Shown here in pieces: positions 58,124 through 64,000 of a stretch of DNA of 64,000 nucleotides (within the stretch, counting starts at the first letter, position 1; every line of letters begins with the position of its first letter). Origin of the DNA: a virus (taxonomy: Duplodnaviria > Caudoviricetes); IMG/VR virus record IMGVR_UViG_3300010355_000898, positions 160,001 through 224,000 of that record, one strand, 5' to 3'. Below the pieces are notes generated by a model. It did no database searches, was not told the origin of the DNA, and worked only from the letters and a program-made list of their open reading frames with translations. The position numbers were made by a program, and so were the translations under genes.

Positions 58124-59092
58124 ATGAGTGGAATACTTGACAGCAAAACAAGAGTTATTGATACTGTCATTACAGATGAAGGCCGTAGGCAAATTTTGCA
58201 GGGCGGCCTTCAGGTAAAATATGTGTCATTTAATGACATTGGAATTTCTTATGAAGAAGATATTGTAAGTGGGTCAGTTGATCCTGCTGGAAAGATATAT
58301 CTTGAGGCATCAAAACTTCCTTGGGACATGATTGTTTTTGAAGCTGATGATTCTGGAAAAATAACAACTGCACTGAATGGTGTAATGTCACAGAACAGTA
58401 CACTCATAAACAATGGAAATATTGTTCAGACTGAAAACATATCCGGATCAATTGTTTCAACAATATTGTCAGGTTCTGAATTTGCATCAACTGCGGGTGA
58501 TATCATTTCCATTACAACAAATTCAGTACAGAAGATGCAGCAACTTGGATATGATGACAATCAGTATGATGATATCAATATAGATCTTATTCCAAATGCG
58601 TACAGTTTCAAAAAAGATTTGCAATTACAAAATGCATATGATCAATTGAATATTGATGTAATGGATACAATGATCACAGATGGAAAATTGAGAGGAAAAA
58701 TCAATTTTCAGTTTTTGCCACCAATCAATTCAACTGATGGAAAAGTCATTGGAAAATATACAGACGTTAGATCATATGTTTCTCAACAAAAGGCAATCCC
58801 TTTTCAGGATGGTGGAAAATATATGAAAGCAAGCCTATTTCAAGAATTGAAAAATCTTGATGATAATGGTATGAAAAAAACATTTGCAATAGAAAAAGTT
58901 TCAAGAACAAATAATATTGCATTACAAATTTATGAAATCGAGAATGATACCATAACAAAACTTGATATGATTTCATTGGTTGATGATGATAACCAATATT
59001 TTGGCGGAAGATCAGTCTATTCAATTGGCAAAGTTTTTCAAAATAGTTTGGAACAAGATGTTTTCGTGAATATATTCAATCTTGTGATATGA
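58124..59092 (+). CDS. Putative virion structural protein
   Basis: MSGILDSKTRVIDTVITDEGRRQI N-terminus typical of large-phage virion proteins; three SGS motifs. Confidence 0.6.
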   Translation: MSGILDSKTRVIDTVITDEGRRQILQGGLQVKYVSFNDIGISYEEDIVSGSVDPAGKIYLEASKLPWDMIVFEADDSGKITTALNGVMSQNSTLINNGNIVQTENISGSIVSTILSGSEFASTAGDIISITTNSVQKMQQLGYDDNQYDDINIDLIPNAYSFKKDLQLQNAYDQLNIDVMDTMITDGKLRGKINFQFLPPINSTDGKVIGKYTDVRSYVSQQKAIPFQDGGKYMKASLFQELKNLDDNGMKKTFAIEKVSRTNNIALQIYEIENDTITKLDMISLVDDDNQYFGGRSVYSIGKVFQNSLEQDVFVNIFNLVI

Positions 59093-59111
59093 ATAGATGG
59101 AGTAATAGAAC

Positions 59112-61406
59112 ATGTTTGTAAATTTGACAGATCTGAAACAAACAAATTTGCTCACTGTCGGTGATGGAAATTCATTTGCAGATTTGATCAATATTGCTGA
59201 TATGAATGCTGAATTCAATCTATTTTGTAGCATAAACAAAGAATTGGCAAAACAGGTTAATGCAACAAAAATAACTGTTTCGATCAAAAAGAACACAAAT
59301 CCAGTACCAGGTACAATTGCAGCAAGTATTGAAGGTGGTGTTATCAATTCACAAAAATTGATTGATAATGCTGTGATGCAATACAAAAAATCTGTTGATG
59401 AAATGGATAAAGCAAATGTTAATGTTGCAATACAATCAGTAGCTGTCAGTCAAGTTGTGAATGCGAATACAGTTTCAAAAAAGTTATCATTTGAACAGAA
59501 CAGTGCCATATCACTTGAAACTATGAAACAATTGTATGATGTTGCGCCATCAAAACAGGCATTCATTGATCTGATCAATGACGGCATTGATCCATCAACA
59601 ATTGTGCAAATGAATCATTACAGTTCAACAGCACAACACAATATTTCTGGTCTTACAACTACAATAAAGAGTTCAAATTTGAACAAAAAACAGACAGATT
59701 TGTTGAATATGATGTTGAATGGTGTGTTTACAAATTCAAATACATTTCTAAATCAAACATTTGATATAGTGAATGATATTGATGGTGAATTTGAATTCAA
59801 TGTTTTGCTGCCAACCTATTTGGGAAATTGTACAGTTGTTTTCACTGTGTATGATAATAGGTCAACACAATTGAAAAAAGTTGAGAGACAACTGAACATT
59901 TCATCATTTATTGAAAACTATTTGGTTCCAAAAACTGCACCAATTGTGAAGAAAAAATCAGTATCAAATGGTACATTTCTCAACATAAAACAGACATCAA
60001 ATGTTGCAACCGGTGTACTAATTTTTAGAAAAAATGTAACATCACTTGAAAATTATGAATTGATTGACAATATCAAATTGACAGCATTGAATGACATCAA
60101 TTATAAGATTGATGAAATCAGATCAAATACCATGATCTATAGGGTTGTGTCATATGGTCCTGATGAACGATATATTTCATCAACATATACAAATGTTGTT
60201 GCATTGAAAAATCTTCAAAAGAATTATCTTTCTAGTATACTATCATTCAATATTTTCCAATCAGACAATAGTGTTAAGTTTTCATTATCAGGTTTGAGCA
60301 AAAGCAAATATCAGATTGCCGGAATTCAATTGTTTAGAAGAAATCTAACATTCAAAGAGACTGAATATACATCGATAACAGAAATTGAACCAATAGATGG
60401 AGATCTTTATGAAAAGATATCATTGGTAGAAAAATATGGATATGTGTATGAATACTATCCGCGAATATTTTTTAAGAATGGAACAAAGTATGACTTTATT
60501 ACGAAAGTCATTGATCTAATCGAACCAAATCCAGATAAAATTGACACAAAAATTTCAAACTTTGTAATCATTGATCAGGGTGATCTTGAATTGAATGTTC
60601 AATTTGATGTCATTTCAAATTATGTTGACAATTCAATTCAAAACTTGAAAAATTTGTTAACTGATAATGGTGTGTATGATCTGTATGCAACACTTTTTGA
60701 TGAACAGAAAATTCAATTATCAGATGTGATTGCACATCATATTCAAAGAGTTAACAACACAACGGGAGATGTTGAATATCTTGGAATTATTGATAATGGA
60801 AAATTTGATGATATTGCACAATCAAAAAAATCATCTGCAAAATCATTGAATTCAGAACATTCATATACATATGAAATTTTTACGTTATTGAAATCTGCTG
60901 AAACGTTATTTGAGACAAATATAAAATTGCAAACAGATACAATATCAAATAAGAAATTCATCTTTAATGTTCCAAAATATAGAAATAGTGAAACATTGAA
61001 ATCTGGATGTGTTTATACTTTGCAAGGATTAGATTTGAAAATTGGAAAAGATCATTTCAATTATGGAATAATTGGTGAACCAATTGTACAAACTGTTGAT
61101 TTCAAAAGAACAACTGCAACAATAACTCAACAATCTGTTGTGAGAGCAGAAACTGATTTGAATATCATTACATGGGAAGTTGTTGGTGATATCAAAACAA
61201 TTGATCATTTCATAATCATGAAATGTAATGACGTAACAAAAACAATAATTGATGTAGTTCATTCTGGCTTTATTGGAAATTCTTGTTTTTATCAACACAA
61301 ATTGCATCCAAAATATGACACAGGAGAATTTCAATATTTCATAAGACCAGTATTCAATACATATGATATTGGCGCACCAACCTATACAGATAAGGTGACC
61401 ATATAA
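59112..61406 (+). CDS. Large hypothetical protein, probable virion protein with beta-sandwich repeats
   Basis: 764 aa; recurring IFR...Y.Y strands (YRVVSY, YEYYP, YTYEI, FQYFI). Confidence 0.6.
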   Translation: MFVNLTDLKQTNLLTVGDGNSFADLINIADMNAEFNLFCSINKELAKQVNATKITVSIKKNTNPVPGTIAASIEGGVINSQKLIDNAVMQYKKSVDEMDKANVNVAIQSVAVSQVVNANTVSKKLSFEQNSAISLETMKQLYDVAPSKQAFIDLINDGIDPSTIVQMNHYSSTAQHNISGLTTTIKSSNLNKKQTDLLNMMLNGVFTNSNTFLNQTFDIVNDIDGEFEFNVLLPTYLGNCTVVFTVYDNRSTQLKKVERQLNISSFIENYLVPKTAPIVKKKSVSNGTFLNIKQTSNVATGVLIFRKNVTSLENYELIDNIKLTALNDINYKIDEIRSNTMIYRVVSYGPDERYISSTYTNVVALKNLQKNYLSSILSFNIFQSDNSVKFSLSGLSKSKYQIAGIQLFRRNLTFKETEYTSITEIEPIDGDLYEKISLVEKYGYVYEYYPRIFFKNGTKYDFITKVIDLIEPNPDKIDTKISNFVIIDQGDLELNVQFDVISNYVDNSIQNLKNLLTDNGVYDLYATLFDEQKIQLSDVIAHHIQRVNNTTGDVEYLGIIDNGKFDDIAQSKKSSAKSLNSEHSYTYEIFTLLKSAETLFETNIKLQTDTISNKKFIFNVPKYRNSETLKSGCVYTLQGLDLKIGKDHFNYGIIGEPIVQTVDFKRTTATITQQSVVRAETDLNIITWEVVGDIKTIDHFIIMKCNDVTKTIIDVVHSGFIGNSCFYQHKLHPKYDTGEFQYFIRPVFNTYDIGAPTYTDKVTI

Positions 61407-64000
61407 TGCCAAATGTTAACACAATTGTTTACAATTCAACATCACAAATAGCTTCTGCAATCAATACAAAACAGTATGAAGTTGTCGGTATTAACACAGA
61501 TACGCCAACAGTGATATTGTTGTCTGAGTTCAAACCATTGTATGATTATAAGGACGGCGGCTATTCATTAACAAATGAAGGACAATTTCTTCAAAAACAG
61601 TTGTCAACACAAAATGTGTTGAATACATCAATCAGAAAATTGTTGAAAAATTTGAAAACAAATACATCAACTTCAAAAATGACAATTCAAACAGTAATAG
61701 ATCAAACATTGTCATTATTACAAAGTGCGCAATTGGTTGAACCATTTTTTGACATAAAATCATTGAAAACAAATGCAATCGTATATGCAAAGTCTCAAAC
61801 TGCATACAACAATCAATTGGAAATTGAATCAATATATTTGAACAGAATTCCTGCAATCATACCATCAGAGATCACAATTTCAGATCTGTTGAAAACGTTT
61901 GGTTATACTCAAATTGAAAAATGGTCACCAATGAAATTGTATCAACAATTGTTGGTCGAATTGAGACATTTAATTGTGTCACAATCACCAGTTTTTAGTT
62001 TTGAAACTAATTCAAGAACAACATCAATATCATTAACAAATCATCAAAATGGAATATTCATTCCAAATGATATTGTTCTGATACCACCATGGCCTGTTAG
62101 TGATGTGCAGAGATTATTGTATAGCAATCTTGTTGTTGGTACAACAGATTATTCATCAAATGATCTAATCAATTATGCAAAAGGTGTTGTCAATTCATTA
62201 ATGCCCTATAAATCAAAATTTCAAGGTGATAAATGTATTTGTCAACTTGCAATGATGTTATCAAAAGAATTCAATATTTCAACAGCACTAAATTCAAAAG
62301 AAGTTTTGAGTGCATTGGCTGGTAAATGGATGCCTCCACCACTTGAGAATGTTGAAAATGATTATGCTGTAATTGATGCAATAATTGGAAAATTTATCAC
62401 TGATGTAAATCAACCACACAATACGTTGGATAATTCACTCATAAATTCAGCATATACAATTGATTTTGATGGAAACTATGTAACAAACATTTCTGGTGGT
62501 TCTGATTGTGTACTCAAATCACCACAACAACATTATATTGATGAAACATTTTCAAACGTAACAAAAGACAATAATGGTAACACGAAGTTTGTAACAACAA
62601 ATTGTGATGCAAGAATTAAACAATTGGATGATAATTTGAATACATTACAAACATTTGCGAAGTATTCAAATTTGTATGGCGCAAAAACAAAATTGAAATA
62701 TAAGCTATCAACTGGTGGTAGTCTTGTTGACGTTCAAACAAATTTAACAAATCATACAAAATTGTTTGAAGACATTTTCAATATGATGTATCAATTGAGT
62801 TCAACACAAAATGTTGATGGCACAAAAACATACTATGTTGATGAAATTGACAAATTGACAGCAGTGTATGTTGACAACAAGATTGAAAAAGTATCAAAAT
62901 CATTATCATTCAAGCTGTTATGTTCAGCAGCATTGGCAGATGTGACAACAATGACAAGATTGATGGCACTCATTTTGTGGAAAATGAACATAAATCCAGC
63001 AAATACATTTGCAAATAACAGAATGAAAGATATTGTAACTCAACTTGTTAGTTCTGTTTTTGTTTCTCAAGGTACATATAAGCTCAGCAATAAACAACAA
63101 TTTATGTATGCAAGTGCAAATTATGCATCTACATACAAGATGAAATCATTTGTTGAATCAACAACAAAAGTACTCATGTATGGTGCAGACACACAAGGAA
63201 TTGATGTTTTTGAAAACGTTGTGTCATATATAAAAGCAATGTTAAGTCTGTATGAAAATAATGCATGCAGATCAACAACCACTGGTTTCAAAACGAGCAG
63301 ATTTGGTGGTTATTCAATGTTATTGATTGCATTGTTGATGACAAATTTGGTGATAAGAATTACAGCACAATTTTCACCATATTCATTGCAAGCTTCTGTT
63401 GCAACAACAGATACTCTTGGTAATGGTTTAGTTGTACAGATTGACAGTCAAAAAACACTTTATGGAACAAAGTATCAAAATATTGAGAATATTCTTGAAA
63501 AAGAATATGGGTACATGACACAAGCTCTGTTTTCAATTGAAGATATGATCCAAAAAACAAGATCTCAACTGTCAGGATTTATATCTTCAATAAATGGAAT
63601 TTCTGTTGAAAAGAATGAATTTAGAAATTTGTTATCAACAATTGGTGGTGATTTGATCAAATTTGCATCACCAATATCACGATCACATTTTAACATAGTC
63701 AAGGATACACAACTATCATTACCTAAAAATTTTGATCCAATGAAATCACAATCTGTTGATGAATTGTTGGATTTGATTGATACAACCGATTATGGTACTG
63801 ATTTTTACAATCTATTGTTGTCACATTTTAAGCAACAGGATTATTCAATTTCTAACAAATCATTCAATAAAAAAATCATATCAGTTGGAATTCCAAATGG
63901 TATGGCAGAGAAATTGAGAAAAGCTTCATATTATGAAAATGATACGTATGAAAATGATATCATATCAATTATGATAACAAAGATTGACAATTTTCAAAAA
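61406..64000 (+). CDS. Large hypothetical protein (at least 865 aa), 3' truncated by window (not in ORF track)
   Basis: ATG61406 coupled to the upstream TAA; MPNVNTIVYNST...; the parts translated by hand are open and the frame reaches the window end. Confidence 0.8.
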   Translation, partial: MPNVNTIVYNSTSQIASAINTKQYEVVGINTDTPTVILLSEFKPLYDYKDGGYSLTNEGQFLQKQLSTQNVLNTSIRKLLKNLKTNTSTSKMTIQTVIDQTLSLLQSAQLVEPFFDIKSLKTNAIVYAKSQTAYNNQLEIESIYLNRIPAIIPSEITISDLLKTFGYTQIEKWSPMKLYQQLLVELRHLIVSQSPVFSFETNSRTTSISLTNHQNGIFIPNDIVLIPPWPVSDVQRLLYSNLVVGTTDYSSNDLINYAKGVVNSLMPYKSKFQGDKCICQLAMMLSKEFNISTALNSKEVLSALAGKWMPPPLENVENDYAVIDAIIGKFITDVNQPHNTLDNSLINSAYTIDFDGNYVTNISGGSDCVLKSPQQHYIDETFSNVTKDNNGNTKFVTTNCDARIKQLDDNLNTLQTFAKYSNLYGAKTKLKYKLSTGGSLVDVQTNLTNHTKLFEDIFNMMYQLSSTQNVDGTKTYYVDEIDKLTAVYVDNKIEKVSKSLSFKLLCSAALADVTTMTRLMALILWKMNINPANTFANNRMKDIVTQLVSSVFVSQGTYKLSNKQQFMYASANYASTYKMKSFVESTTKVLMYGADTQGIDVFENVVSYIKAMLSLYENNACRSTTTGFKTSRFGGYSMLLIALLMTNLVIRITAQFSPYSLQASVATTDTLGNGLVVQIDSQKTLYGTKYQNIENILEKEYGYMTQALFSIEDMIQKTRSQLSGFISSINGISVEKNEFRNLLSTIGGDLIKFASPISRSHFNIVKDTQLSLPKNFDPMKSQSVDELLDLIDTTDYGTDFYNLLLSHFKQQDYSISNKSFNKKIISVGIPNGMAEKLRKASYYENDTYENDIISIMITKIDNFQK

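Noticed and set aside
1-64000. Eukaryotic giant virus origin
   Set aside because: Sigma factors, SD sites, overlapping operonic genes and contractile-tail baseplate genes indicate a bacteriophage
1-64000. Stop-codon reassignment
   Set aside because: Long genes are intact in the standard code, and TAA, TGA and TAG all end recognisable genes

Overview
AT-rich (roughly 30% GC by eye), gene-dense segment of a very large tailed-phage genome (jumbo myovirus-like), read in the standard code. All calls come from reading motifs by eye; no database searches were run. Layout: (i) 1-7.5 kb, + strand: UvsE, a degenerate tRNA-like element, an RpoD-type sigma factor that stops before region 4.2, IMPDH/GMP reductase, NADAR and a Pth2-like gene. 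(ii) 7.5-31 kb, - strand: tail fibres, baseplate (gp7-, gp6-, gp25- and gp5-like) and a gp55-like late sigma factor. (iii) 31.5-49.5 kb: a glycan locus with about 12 glycosyltransferase genes, UDP-sugar dehydrogenase, a GDP-mannose-3,5-epimerase-like enzyme and two methyltransferases. (iv) 49.5-49.8 kb: adjacent perfect 7-bp and 25-bp tandem arrays near the strand switch (origin candidate). (v) 49.8-64 kb: a TM-PAS protein, a GroEL-like protein lacking its ATP motif, ClpP, a DinG-like helicase, an Hc1-like protein, a stand-alone sigma region-4.2 protein, PIN-PhoH and virion proteins. The best candidate for a new system is a split sigma70. Its missing -35-reading helix-turn-helix appears to be a separate Cys/His-rich gene with an altered recognition helix, and the window carries a matching non-canonical -35 box (TGTACA/TGTTCA). 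The second candidate is a virion glycosylation system: the large glycosyltransferase locus plus S/T-G-S motif enrichment in virion proteins.
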